From Tubiluchus corallicola (Eukaryota > Animalia > Priapulida), in NCBI GenBank assembly GCA_030141605.1, contig JAQGDQ010000231.1, positions 62,001 to 126,000 of the forward strand: a stretch of 64,000 nt of DNA, given 5' to 3'. The stretch's first letter is position 1. Every line of letters starts with the position of its first letter. A program made the translations under genes and the position numbers. The notes below the pieces were generated by a model. The model saw only the letters and a list, made by a program, of their open reading frames with translations, searched no databases and was not told the DNA's origin. Shown here in pieces: positions 29,621 to 43,200 of the stretch.

Positions 29621-30347
29621 ATACATGGTTAGATTATTTTTGTTTGGCCAAGAACAACAGACCAAAGTTGCTAATTGATCAAATGTGTGGAATTGAAGTC
29701 TTTAGAAATTAATTAATTAAAACCTTGCTGCCCTTTCCAAAGTAGCTAGCTTTCTATTCTGTCAAATTTGAAACTTTGCGTTTTTCTGTAATGAAGACTA
29801 TAATATACCAGCTACAGCACTACACTTGCACAGCAGGAGGTTGTCAAATGCTACAGTACAGAGCAAAATAGTATTTATTGAAGTTAATAGTTAGTAGGCC
29901 TTCTTAATTATGATATTCACAAAGTTTAGCCTAGGCAGCTTAGGCTGTTTAAAATCGAATGTTAGTGCTTACATAAGTCTTATTAATGCAGTTGGACAGA
30001 TACGAAATAAATAATACCAGTAAGACCCCATTGCATTTGATGTCTTTTGCTGAAGAACAAAATGCAATAAGAACCTTGAAAAATAAGACGGCAATTTGGA
30101 CAGCCAAGAGTATTGAATGTAACAAGAAATGATTCATTACAGAGTACCATTGACACATTTAACAAGTTACTAATATCAAAACAATGGTTGAATACATCAG
30201 TAAAAATACTAACAGCTTACAAGATTCTGAGTCTTGAGTCTTATAACTATTTATTTTGACAGATTGCTTTCATTCTTTGCAGCCTTTATACATTATACTG
30301 AATAAGGGAAGCTGAATTTTGGACTGAAAATTTGGTAAAGTGGTGAA

Positions 30348-30728
30348 ATGGCAGATGAAAAGAAAACTCAAAGTGAAAGTGAAGACAGTAATGCTGCTAC
30401 TGCTGTTCCCACTCCACCTCTGTCAGATTTCCTAAATCAGCTAGAGGAATATCCTGCTACCATTCCAGACAGTGTTGCTGCTTATTACCTTAACAAGTCT
30501 GGCTTCGAAGCTACAGACCCCCGAATTACGCGCTTAGTGTCCTTGGCTGCTCAGAAATTTATCTCGGACATTGTTAATGATGCTATGCAGAACTGTAAGA
30601 TGAGAGGTACCGGTCAGAGCTCAAAGCAAAAGGGAAAGGAGAAACAGTACACGCTGACTATGGAGGATCTGCAGCCTGCACTGATTCAGTATGGAATTGA
30701 TGTGAAGAAACCTTTTTATTACGTATAG
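30348..30728 (+). CDS. TAF10: Transcription initiation factor TFIID subunit 10
   Basis: LSDFLNQLEEYPATIPDSV...GFEATDPRITRLVSLAAQKFISDIVNDAMQNCKMR...TLTMEDL...YGIDVKKPFYY is the TAF10 histone fold. CDS has no intron; acceptor TTTGACAG ends at 30262. Confidence 0.97.
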   Translation: MADEKKTQSESEDSNAATAVPTPPLSDFLNQLEEYPATIPDSVAAYYLNKSGFEATDPRITRLVSLAAQKFISDIVNDAMQNCKMRGTGQSSKQKGKEKQYTLTMEDLQPALIQYGIDVKKPFYYV

Positions 30729-31682
30729 AGTTGCAAGAGCATCCGAATTTGATCAGTTGTGTTAGAAAAACAAGCTGGTTGATATTTACTGCTATCACCT
30801 CAATGCAACTGACTCTTAAAACTACTGTGAATATAATCATTTAAGTATCGAATACTTAAATTAAGATGAAAATTGTCCCTATTAGAAATATCTTCATAGG
30901 GATAACATTTAACCATGACAGAGCAATTGTAAACTTGTTTATGGCATGTTATAGACTTTCCGTAAGTCACAGTGGATTGATGATTAAAATTTGTAAACAC
31001 TAAATATCCTTTTCGTTGATATATCGAAATCTGATGGAGATGCTTGGTCACTAGCCAGTAGTAGGATTGTAATGCAAGATCATTCAGCATTTTTCTATGT
31101 GATACGATTGTGTAACTGTGAACTTTTGTGTTTGGAAGTGACTACCATCAATGAAATGAAAATCAAGGAGAAGAAAATATGACAGATATGACATTTTTAC
31201 AATAGGTCCATTTTTTGTTATCTTTGATTATGTGTTTATATTCCTGTCATTTGTTAATTCTCTCAGATTGGACCCTCAAGTCTCGTGATCGTCTAGCCAA
31301 TGGTTGCGGTGTTCATTTGTCAGTAATTTTTTGCTAACCAGTTGGTGTCGTTATTGCATTTCGTTTTTAAAAATATGTAATACTGATGTCAAAGATAACT
31401 GTACTGTAGACGGAACTTTTATTTGGCATATTTAATTTTTGCAAAACTAACCACTAGTAATCAGCAACAATTTTCGTAGATTATCAACAAATCAGTTAGT
31501 AGTCTGGCAAAAAAGCAACGGCAGTAAAATTATAGATCAGTGAGTTGTGAGAGAGTCAGAGAGACTAATAGGTTGAGGATTTGTGACTTATTTGTCATGC
31601 AATGAATTGTAAAAAACATAATCGAATGAAAGATTGTCTTTTGTATTAAAGAAATGAGCTTCGCTTCAATGGTTGCTTTAAT

Positions 31683-31859
31683 GGAGTGTTCAGACGTTGA
31701 GACTTCTCTCAGAACTTGTGACTGCACTTTTCTCTGTCAGTAAAGTTGCACGTGTAAATGACTTGGCAACTTCTTTTGCAACTTATTGCTCTTAACTCTC
31801 TGCAACTCTCGCCGAGTTTGCAACAAGTTGCGAGAGAAGGCTTTACATCTGAACACGCT
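31683..31859. mobile_element. Small MITE, PIF/Harbinger-like
   Basis: ~37-bp imperfect TIRs GGAGTGTTCAGACGTTGAGACTTCTCTCAGAACTTGT and reverse complement AGCGTGTTCAGATGTAAAGCCTTCTCTCGCAACTTGT; internal GCAACT subrepeats. Confidence 0.6.
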
Positions 31860-32796
31860 ATAAAACATCAAATTTTTAAAATAAATACTCTGTTGCAGCT
31901 ATGCAATTTATTCTTATTGGTTTAACATTCATCAACTGTTTTGCAAAGTTCCTTATCTTTAAAACTACAGAACATTAAATAATTTCATGCTTGCATATCT
32001 GGTTTGGGCAAAATACATGTAGTTTGGTCGATAACATCATTACACGTTAAATTTAGCAACAAATTAACGTATTATGTATGTTTATGAAACATTACTGGCA
32101 GCAGAACTAACTGATGTACGTCTGCTTCTCCCAGATCTCTGTAATAGTAACTAATGCTTCTGTTTAGGTGAGTTGAAAGTCGATTGTACTCAAGCTATAT
32201 ATAGGCCTATTCCGTGCAATTATAGAATTTAGTCACAGTGTACTTTCGTAGTGGGGTTGATGTAAACAGAAAATATAATTTCCGCAAGCTTACGTAGCGC
32301 GCATGCAAAAATCTGTGGTGTTAATTGTTGAACGTTTTATTCGTCTTCTTACTAAATGAATACAATAGGCGTTGTTAACGGATTCAGTCTGCGAGGGATT
32401 CATGAAAAACCCGTAATTAATGGGGTATAGTGACTTCGGCTAAACTTCGATCAGGCAAAACCGGCCGCGTCCGGTTGGCCGTGTGCGCGTCGGTAAACAA
32501 CAACTGAAGTCCATTTGGTCAACTGCCAAGTTTCAGTGGTAGTTCAAGGCTTGCAGTCTAATACGAGGGTGTTGCGTGTACTAGCGCAGCGCGTGCATTG
32601 TGCTGCAGTGGCAAGCCAACGTGTTGTACCCTGTAAATGGTGAACGTGAAATTGTTGAACGTTAGCTAGTTGTTTCTTTGCAGCTTGTACGTTTCCAGTG
32701 ATAGTGAGCATATCGCTTGTAGACGGAAAACCTGTTATAACAGTAATTGTTGGCACGCTGGGATTTAAATTTGCTTTGTTGCAAGAATTTGGTGCA

Positions 32797-32953
32797 ACTC
32801 ACGACAATTTTACTGGTCAATTTTTTTCTGCTTTTGTAGTAGGTAAGCGACTCACGACAATTTTACTGGTCAGTTTTTTTGCTTTTGTAGTAGGTAAGCG
32901 ACTCACGACAGTTTTACTGGTCAATTTTTTTTTGCTTTTGTAGTAGGTAAGCG
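32797..32953 (+). repeat. Three tandem 51-53-nt units upstream of SARDH
   Basis: ACTCACGACAATTTTACTGGTCA(T)nGCTTTTGTAGTAGGTAAGCG starting at 32797, 32850 and 32901. Confidence 0.95.
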
Positions 32954-34297
32954 ACAGCTGTTAAAACCATTTTGCTTTGGAAAATTTAATAGTTTTTTTA
33001 TGAAACATTGTAGTATTTCTAATTTTCTTTTATTTAGTAATCAAAATACCGAGTGTCGTTGTTTTAATTTGAACTTACTGTGAATCTCAGTGCAAAGAAG
33101 TAGATAAAATAATATAGGGAAGTATAACAGTACGTACTACATCATTGTAGATCTTCTAATTGCTATACACCTGCTATTGTTATGCAAAGTTTGTTTAGAA
33201 ATCGGCAAGTTTAGAAACCTGTCAAACGACGGTGTAACTCAGTGAGTGTGAGTCTGTGTGACCGACTCTACGGTTTGACGGGATACGTAGATTGAAGTTG
33301 CAGTTTTGTTGTTTCGTGATGATCATTTTACTTTAGTGCAACTTTTTTTGCTGATAAAAAGCATTAGGTTTGATATAACTAGATAGTTAGGCATTTAGAA
33401 CATTAATTATTTCTTGGATATTATTATGTTTGGTAGTGACTTGAATATGAATTTGTGTTGAATAACATTTGTATTATTTCAGACGATTTTGTAATTACGT
33501 TGCTTGGGTAAGATAATAGTAAAGGTGCCATGAATTGCTGCTTACATTGACGTTTTTGCCGAATTATTAAAGTACCCGAAGCCCAAAGGTTCGTAATTAA
33601 AAAGCTTTATCTGTGATACTACATACAGTTCTGTCCATATACAAAATACTGTGGTTAAATAAGAACTGATAATTGTATTTAATTGTGTTATGTAATTTTA
33701 TACATTTTAAGTTTTTATATGTTTTTCTCTGTGAGTATGCTGTTTTGCTGCTTTTGCACTTGTTCAAAAAGTTGCCAGTAAGTGAAATCTTAGCATCTGT
33801 TTTAGTGTTGAATTAGCCACCTTGATTTTTGTATAAACTTTCAGTGGTTGTTCATCTTTCTTGTATTAAGAGATACTACCTTGGAATGGGGTAAGTAAGT
33901 GTTGCTTTGTCTGTCTAAAGGTGCTACATTCTTGTAAATTGGAGACTCGACTATGTTATGGATAGAAATGTGTAGTTGTGATGGCACAAATCTACTATTA
34001 AGAAATTTTGATATCAAATATGAAATACAGGAAATGTGAGAGTTCGAAAACAGTCTGGACTTCAAACGGGGAGGTTCTGCCTTCAAAGCGGACATGTCAG
34101 ACCACACTTTATCTGTTACAGCTTTCTATCCAAATTCAGTGTGTAGCTAAAATTGATGGATACTGTTATAGCTATAATCAGCTAGGTGCTACAGCGGAAT
34201 TTCATTTACAGTTGACGAGTTACACTCAGTCGGTATATTGTGTAAACTGAGTTGATGAAATTTTTTCTAATTTTCTTTGAGCAGGTGTCCCCACAAA

Positions 34298-37200
34298 ATG
34301 TTAGGTAGCAGATGGAGTTTATTGAGAACTGGTGCCTGCTGGAGGGTACTAAGCATGTGCAATGAGTCGTCTGCCGTTGCTGGAGTTCCTTACGAATCAC
34401 TTGAAAAGACAAAGGTAAGTACGTCATTACAGAATTCATCATGCTTAGTAGCTGTGGGGCATTTTGTGATTTCGATTTAACTGGATAAATTAGATTGTGT
34501 TCCTATACCTATATCTTTTATTGTATTATTAATGGAGTTTATAATGGAAGAATTTGACTGCTGGTCCAGGAGTTCTGAATTCAAATCTCATTCAAGACTT
34601 TTCAAACATTTGCCACTCAAATGAAGGCCTACTCACGTTATCTGAGTACATGTGGGAGAAAGGTGACCGATCAATGAACAATCATAAATTGATGCCCTAA
34701 CCATCTATCCCAATGCTGGGCACATCTGACACGGCGCCATTTTACTTTCTTTTTATAATGACGATACTGAGGTGATAAATTGTAAATGGTCTGTATTTAA
34801 ATGGTTTATTAGGTTGATGTTCCAAGCAATGTTCCTACTGCTGCGGATGTTGTGGTGATTGGAGGTGGTTCATTAGGCTGTAATACTTTGTATCATCTTT
34901 CTAAACTTGGCATGACAAACTCATTGCTGCTTGAAAGAGACAGACTGACATCCGGTACAACGTGGCACACTGCAGGTTTGCTTCTTTTCTTTGCAATTCT
35001 AACCACAGAGCAGGGATGCTGTGCGCTGCTTGTAATCATGTGATGCCACCTGTATCTTTCATCACAAATCACAGTCTGCAATTGTAGAAATATATTTTTT
35101 TCATGAAATTTGCCACTACTATATTAACGCTTTAAGTACTATTTTTTGTAAAAGTTGTCCAAAACAAATATCTTGTTTTAGTTTTTTGTTTTTGAGGCCG
35201 CGAAGCATTAGTCAGGGTCATATCATCTAGTTGGCACTGTTACATCAAGCTTAGGACTTACAAAATTAGGAGCTTAAAATATGCGTGCTTGCATAACAAA
35301 ATCATCCATAAGTCAGCAATTAGCATTTTCTAGATATCCACATATCCCGAATCTCCATTTTATGAAGATCATTTTGATACCAAACTCAACGTTCTATGTT
35401 ATTTCTAAGCTGAAATAATCCACGTTGAAGTTGAGGTGCAGGCTATACAGTGAAAAACATAATCTTGAGGAATTCGCTGTTAAAGTCAGCCATTGTTTTT
35501 TGTCACGTCTTTACAAAACACTTAGCAACCGTCCGAAAGCGTAGTTGACATGGACCTTGCCAAGAGCATATTGAAGTAATGTTTGTCCAGCAGCTGGCTC
35601 TTCCTGACGAAGATCCGGTCTTGTCAACAGAAAAAACCCGAAGCAAAATGGCTGCTTTCACAAGCTACTGTCCGAGTTTGAAAATACAAGTTTTTACAAT
35701 TGCAGTCCTAGTTTCTATTCAGAAAAGTGGGTACAGGGTTATAAAATTAAATTTTTAGTATTTTTTTTCTTGATAATTTGATGCTAGAATATAAAAGTCC
35801 AATATATTTAGCGTGTTTTTTCTTAAAAAAACAAAAAATTAACATTAGACGAAAATTTGGTGCATTCTACTTTGAAGCATCGTAACGTAGTTTTGACTAT
35901 GCACTTATGGATGGTTTTGGTTTGCACGCACACGTATATTGCAGCTGCTTTATGCTGTTTTTCATTGTTATGGCCTTCATAATTTCGAATGTTTGAACGT
36001 AGATTTGACTTTTTTCAAAAAGGGTTTCATACCTTGTGTTTTAGGATTGTTATGGAATCTGAAACCCAGTGATGTAGAAGTGGAACTCATCGTCTATGCA
36101 CGTCACCTCATGGAAGACGTTTTGGAAGCAGAGACTGGCGTAAACACGGGGTGGATAAACAATGGAGGAATGTTTACAGCAAGTACCAAAGAACGACTTG
36201 ATGAATATCGCCGACTGCAAACGGTGTAGTTTTCATTGTGGCATTAATATGTTGTAACTTTAGCTATTGTTGTCGAATTTTTACGTTTTCGTGTTAAGTA
36301 ATTTTTTTTTTAAAGTGATCAATATCCCCCAACCCCCTACATTGTAAATTATAGATTTTTGTCAATTTGACATGTACTTTTGACGTCTGATGTAATGATG
36401 CTATCCTTCTATCTTCCTATTTCGCTTTTTAGCAGCTTTCAATAGGAGTGTTGCTGCTAATAAAGATTACCAAGACTTATTGCTAATTTGATCATTTAGC
36501 TTATACAGCCAGTTTCACTTAGCATACATCTGGTTAATTTTGATTTCTTATTTCATATCAGATCTCAAATCCCAAATGTTTAATAAACTGGGCACAATGT
36601 ATATGAATAATTATGCTGTTTCCTGCCCCTTTAATCACTTTGTTGTACTACGGCAGCTCGGCAGAGTATATGGCGTTGAGTCACACGTCTTATCACCAGA
36701 AGAAGCAAAGAAAATATATCCTCTGCTTAATGTTAGTGACACGTGCGGTGTTCTTTATAGTCCACGTGATGGAACGATCGACCCAGCTGGAATGTGTACA
36801 GCATTAGCAAGGGGTGCAACAGCAACGGGTGCCAAGGTGATTATTACTTTTTGGTGTTGACACCTAGTTCACTTGGATTTGGATAAGTAGATAAAAAAAT
36901 AGATGTTTTGACGTAATTACTAGTATTGTTAAAAGTTGAACGTTGCGAAGCTGTGTTTCAAACTTTCAACTGGTGGTCTGGGAAGCTGGGTTCTAAACTT
37001 ACCTTAGAAAAAATCAAACATAACGCATCATCAGTGTGTCATCTTCTTTCTTTCTAGGCTGTAATTTGATAAATTTGCCTATGAATACAATATGTTTAGC
37101 TTGATTTCTTTTTTACTGGGGGGCAAATCATTTAGTGCGCAGAATTTTATAAACTCGGAAGTCACTATACTGTTTGCATTTTCTAGATTTTTTTAACAAA

Positions 37201-40200
37201 CAAAGAAAAACGTTTAAGCTTCACTATTTTTGCTACTTTATTTAGGACCCCAAGAGCCTCAGCGACCAATGCAATATCTAGTCTTGTCTTGCATTGAGGA
37301 AGTCTCTCACAAGCCATAGTGTGAAGGAAGGGTCTATTAAAAAGCTACATTATAAAATCTTCCCTATGGACCATGTGAATAGTGATGCTCTGAATTTCCA
37401 CTGAACTTCAATTGGCTGTTGAATGTCATTATGCCAGGCTGACCTTGCACCTCATTTCTATCGTTACTACTGCATTGTCGCCATAGAAATGGGGCTTTAG
37501 CCAAGAGATAAATAAAAAAATTGCCAAAGGCCCCTTTTGATACAAGTAGGAGTTTGCTAAGATTAGAGAAAATTTGAACAAAAAATTGGAAATTAAAGTG
37601 TGTAGTGACTTTTGTGATGTTCTATATATATATATAGCCAAACAATTACATTCAAACGACGTTGTGGCTGCCTGTTGATCATGATATACTCAACTTTGTT
37701 GCTTGGTAGCATCATAATGCAAAATGTATGTGTACTTACCAAGCAAAAATAAGCTTCCAGATATAGATATTTTTCAGGTGATAGAGATGTGTCCTGTGAC
37801 TGACATTGAAACAACAGTAGATGATTTTGGCATAAAGAAAGTTACTGGTGTTGTCACTAATGCGGGCACAATAAAGACAAACTGTGTCATTAATTGTTGT
37901 GGTAAGTGTCTTACATTCTTAGAGCACTTGTGATTTAGCTTTTGTGTGGTGCAGTGCTTTTGTTCTAAAACATACAAAAAGTGTTTAGTTAACAAAAATC
38001 GTATATTAAAAATGATTTTTAAGGAAGAATTAAACAATTTCAGTTTTTATAACAAATTTCAAAAAACACCATCAAAAATTTATATATTAGTTGTCATGCA
38101 GAGACAGCAAAATTGGCAGTAACTACTGTAATTGTAACCCAGGCAAAAACACATCAACTGTGCTGCTTACAACAATAGCAACAGCAAGGACAACAAATGC
38201 CAACTTTATCAATCTAAACATAAAAAACTTGGCTGAACTGCACATTTCACTTGTTTCAGGTGTCTGGGCACCTTATATTGGAAAAATGGCTGGAGTGAAG
38301 GTTCCCCAACTTGCCATGAAACACGCTTACATTGTCACAGAACGTATCGAAGGCATTCAGAATATGCCAAATGCACGTGATCATGATGGATCTGTCTACC
38401 TCAAATTGCAAGGAGATGCACTGTCTATTGGGGGCTATGAACCAAATCCTGTATTCTGGGACGAGGTACTGCATGAATCGCAAATTGAATTTTTACATCC
38501 TGCAATGGGATGCCTAGCATTTGCTTGTGTTATTGTTGTTGTTGTTCTATGGATATTTTGTTCTAAAGTCAGGGTTTGCTTTGTTCATTCTTAGATGGTA
38601 TAGTTCACTTGAGCTTGTTCTTAATTGTCCTGTTGTCTGGTGCATAACTCCATTTTAGAGGAGCATTACACGTTAGGACAGCATAGATCTTGGGAATGCT
38701 CATCTTGTTTTTGCAGATGTGAATTCAGTATAAAGCTTAAAACTTTGAAAAGCTAAATAGGTAAAATGTTTTGCCAAATCAGGCAAAGGCAAGTAGGCAT
38801 TTCATATATTTCTTTCAAGTTGATTGTTTTCTTTTGAAATATTCGGAAAATGAAAAAAATTACATGATTTCGTTAACCAATGTAATGGCTTCCAAAAGAT
38901 ACTGTTTTTGCCAACAGCAGCATGGAGTTATAATGTGCAGTTGATTCGTTTTTTTATAATTTTGCAACTGGTATTTGCCTAGCATTTTGCATGTAGCATC
39001 ATTCCAGCTGCATCGCTAGAGTATACTGCTTATGCCGGTGTGTCACAACAAAGCAGCTATATTACATGGCTGCCGAGGCATCATATGAAAGATGCAGTTA
39101 GATTCTACAACTTAGTGAAGCATGTTGCTAATGCATAAAGTGTTTTCTACAATTTTTTACATCTTTTTTAGTCTGCTTACGTTAATAATGAATAACAAAG
39201 TTTCTTTATACAGGTGAAGAATGATTTCTCTTTTGGCTTATTTGACCTTGACTGGGATGTGTTTTCTGCTCACATTGATGTAGCAGTAAACAGAGTTCCA
39301 AAAATAGGAGAAGTTGGAGTGAAATCAACTGTCTGTGGACCAGGTAAAATGATCATTTTCACCTGCTATGGCAAACACAGTACAAAACCTATGTTCTGAA
39401 ATTTACAAAACACTCTTACACTTATATTTATCCTGTTCACAATAACTAAGTTTTCACAGTATGTGCTTGTCTGTGAAGTTAAGCAACGCTGCCATGGTTA
39501 GTAAATTGATTTGTGACCACTGAGAAAATTGTTTTTGTGTAGTTTTTGCTAAGCTGTACAGCCATTTGCCATGTAGCTGACTGACAGAAGTTTTATATGA
39601 GCATTAAAATGGGGATTATGATTCTATGCTATCATCAACATTGAGCAGGCGTGGCCTATAAGGACTGGATGCAGAGTGCGAAAGTACATAAAAAGTATCA
39701 TAACAAAGCAATTTTTACTATGCAAATGACAAGGGAACAGATTTCTATGAATAACTAGGTGTTTGTTTCATTTTGGTCCATGAAACCTCATGCTCACATT
39801 GTTATGATTGAAGTTTGTTTACATGTAACGCATTTGAAAACATTAATGGAAATTGTTTGTGGTTTTCAGAATGTGCAAGTGTTAGTTATATTTTACAATT
39901 AGAATCATTTAGAACTATGAATTTGCTTTAAGATTTACTAGTGAATTTATCTCAACACTTCACTAATATAGTTCCAACATGCGATTTTAATTTTTATCTG
40001 CTTTGAAATAACAGATGGCGATAGGTGGCTATCTGTTGCCTAATTGACCACTTGCATTTTTTTAGAGTCTTTTACTGCTGACCACAAACCACTGCTAGGT
40101 GAGTCACCTGAGGTGCGAGGTTTCTTTCTCGGTTGTGGATTCAACAGCGGTGGAATGATGATGGGACCTGGATGGGGCAGGGAGTTGGCAAAGTGGGTGA

Positions 40201-43200
40201 TACATGGTCGTCCTGAACTAGACTTGTTCAGCTATGATATCAGGTTTTTACTTGTTGCCATTTTCTTTGGGAATGTAATTTGCTGTGTCCTATTATAAAT
40301 TAAAGATTCGTGGAAATTAGTTGTTGTTAAACTTATAAAAGGAGTCTGTATTTTTAGAAGATTTTCGGCGCGTTTAACGGATAATTCCCGCTGGATAAGG
40401 CAACGAAGCCACGAATCTTATGCAAAAAATTATTCTATTGTCTTTCCACGTGATGAACCACTAGCTAGTCGAAATATGCGCAAAGATGCCTTGCATCAGG
40501 TACATCAGAATAGTTAGCTTGTCATTAGTTTAAATTAAAATTGCAAATTTTCACAATGATTGACTTTTGGATAAATTTCTAATAAGTTATAACATCAGTG
40601 CTAAACAAAAACGTACACAGAAGGCAATAAATTTGTATTTTGTCAGATTGTTGAGTTTGGTCATGACAGCTTAAATTTATCCATTTAAATCTATCGAAAT
40701 TTTGCATTTTGTACAAGATTTAACTGCACATTGATTGAAATCCATTTCTCTTAAAGTGAGACAACATGGCTTTTAACATGTAGTTAACTTTTGTATAAAA
40801 TGCAAAGTTTGGATAGATTTAAATGGATAATTTTATGCTGATTGTGACCAGTTAGACAATCTGGCAAACTTTTACAGTGATAAAATAGATAGGTTTAAAC
40901 TAATTTTTATTACCATTCATTGAGTGCAAGAAACTGAAACATAGATTTAATTTAGAAACATAGAAACATAGAAACTTAAATATAGATTCATAATGATATT
41001 ATGTAGTTTTGTGCTTATTTAGATCATCAGACTCACATTAACACATTGTCAATTTTTGTTTCAAAAGCTGTTTGAAAATACTTTATCCCATTTTGTGTCT
41101 GAATTGATTCAGTGATCTGAGCTTTAGCCATATGCAGATGATATACTACTCATTTATGTGAGGGTTCTGACCATTTTTAGGAGTGGGTTCGGTTGTGCTA
41201 TGTTAACCTAGCTGATTTACTAGCTAGGCATTTATTTATCTGATTGCTGCTTCCTCCTACATAAATAATTTATGCTTTTAATGTTATAATAGGTGCTGAC
41301 AGACAGAGGCTGTGTTTTTCAAGAGCGGCATGGATATGAGCGGCCTGGTTGGTTTATTCCTAATCAAGTAGTGCATGTATGTATTTTGTTTGTAGTATTT
41401 CCTTCATTGCCATAGTTAAAATTGATATACTTTTTGTTTCTCTGGCTTTTGTTATGTTTGCTTTAATTTGGAAGAATGTAGCTTAAGTTCTGGCATTTAA
41501 AGAAAAAATAAAGTTTGCAATAAGTTATATAGCTAACAATTACAAACAATTATTTTTCTCATAAATGTAATTCTTCCTTAACCAAATTATAAATAATTTT
41601 AAAGTGAATTACAGAATTTTGTTGTGACAACTGTTTATTGTGGGCATGACATCGTGTTAATGACTATAATAATCAGTTACTTAAAGTAAGTTTTCACTAT
41701 GTATTTTGTTATTTTAGTTACGGAAGTATGACTATTATGGTGCTTATGATAATCAAAGACATGAGAAATATCTCTACCGTGATTTGTTGGAACAGGAATA
41801 TACATTCGATTTTCCGAAGCATCACGACATTGTATGCATCATTTTGCAGTTATTTTAAGTATCGTAAGTCCTCACTTAATGACTTTAATGCATTCCAGCA
41901 AAGTGCTATGTTAAGCGTTAAACGAAGCATGATCTGCCATAGCGACAAGTTGTAGAATAATTCGTTTATCGTAAAGAAGACAAACTGCCCATTAAGTCTC
42001 AAAAATTTTTCATTTTTTACAGGAGCTTTCATCCTTCATGGACTTAGTCAGCTAAAATCTATTTGTATAGCCTAGATCTTGAAATGTGATTTTTCGTTAC
42101 CTGTTGTTTTCATTACTCTTATTATTTAAAAAACTAATTTGCTTCAAAAATTCACATCTTTATTGATTAAATTCGCTAATTCCTTCAATGCAAAGTCATT
42201 GTGCACATGAGTGTAAATTATAGCTGTTTAGTAACATTATTATATTCATTTAGATAGGTAAAGAAGCCCTGACATGTAGATCGTCCGTCTCTTTGTTTGA
42301 CATGTCATACTTTGGCAAATTCTACCTCTTTGGCTCAGACTCACAAAAGGCAGCAGACTGGATATTTAGCAATAATATGCAAAAACCTTCAGGTATATAT
42401 TCTGGTTAGATACGTAATAACTTTGTTTCATGATTATAATTTTATGACAACATTATGTTCTTTTGAAAAAAATTTACAATAATTTTGTTAGATTATCATC
42501 TAACAATTAAACAATTAATTATTTGATTAGTCAAGAAGATACCAGCTTGCAAATTTTATTTCTTGTTACTAATGTGATTTTCACAATCATATTAACCATT
42601 TTGCTAGGATCAGAACTGCATCTCGTGGACTAAATGCAGATGCATTGCTTCTTAAAATCTACTCTACCACAGTCTGTTACTTTGTACCAGATTTCACATT
42701 TATTTTGTTCACCAGCCTGGAATTGATACCTATGACCTAGACATTTAACATGGAGCTAAACTTCTACCTTCCTGATAATTGACAAAAGACCTTTACATTG
42801 CCATTAGATTACTTCGCTACACTTTTCATGATTTTAGGTTCTACGACATACACCTGCATGTTGAACAAAGCTGGTGGTGTAGAAGGTGACCTGACTGTTA
42901 GCAAAATTGATTCAGGCACAGGTACTGCTTGTGACCCTGAAGTTGAAGGTATGTAGCAAATGTGTTTTACTTACGTGTGTTTCAATTCATTTTGACATCC
43001 TTTTATATAAAAGCCATGCTGTGTGTTTAAATGTTATAATAGAAAACTTAACATAGGGTATAATTGCATGGATAATCCACAGCATAGTTACCGACAGATA
43101 ATTAAGAGTACTGTGTATATAGCATGGTACATTATAAAAGATGTGGTTTCATAGGTGATGGGTTCTACATTGCTGCAGGAGGTGCTGCAGCTCAGCAGAC

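Noticed and set aside
21887-30347. CCDC9-TAF10 fusion through donor 21887
   Set aside because: Joining to the acceptors at 30262 or 30282 hits a stop before the TAF10 ATG.
32797-32953. CRISPR-like array
   Set aside because: Head-to-tail repeats without unique spacers, no cas genes, eukaryotic context.
35600-35645. Hammerhead-like CTGACGA plus hairpin
   Set aside because: No GAAA directly after stem II and no stems I or III found; the CTGATGA at ~61215 fails the same way.
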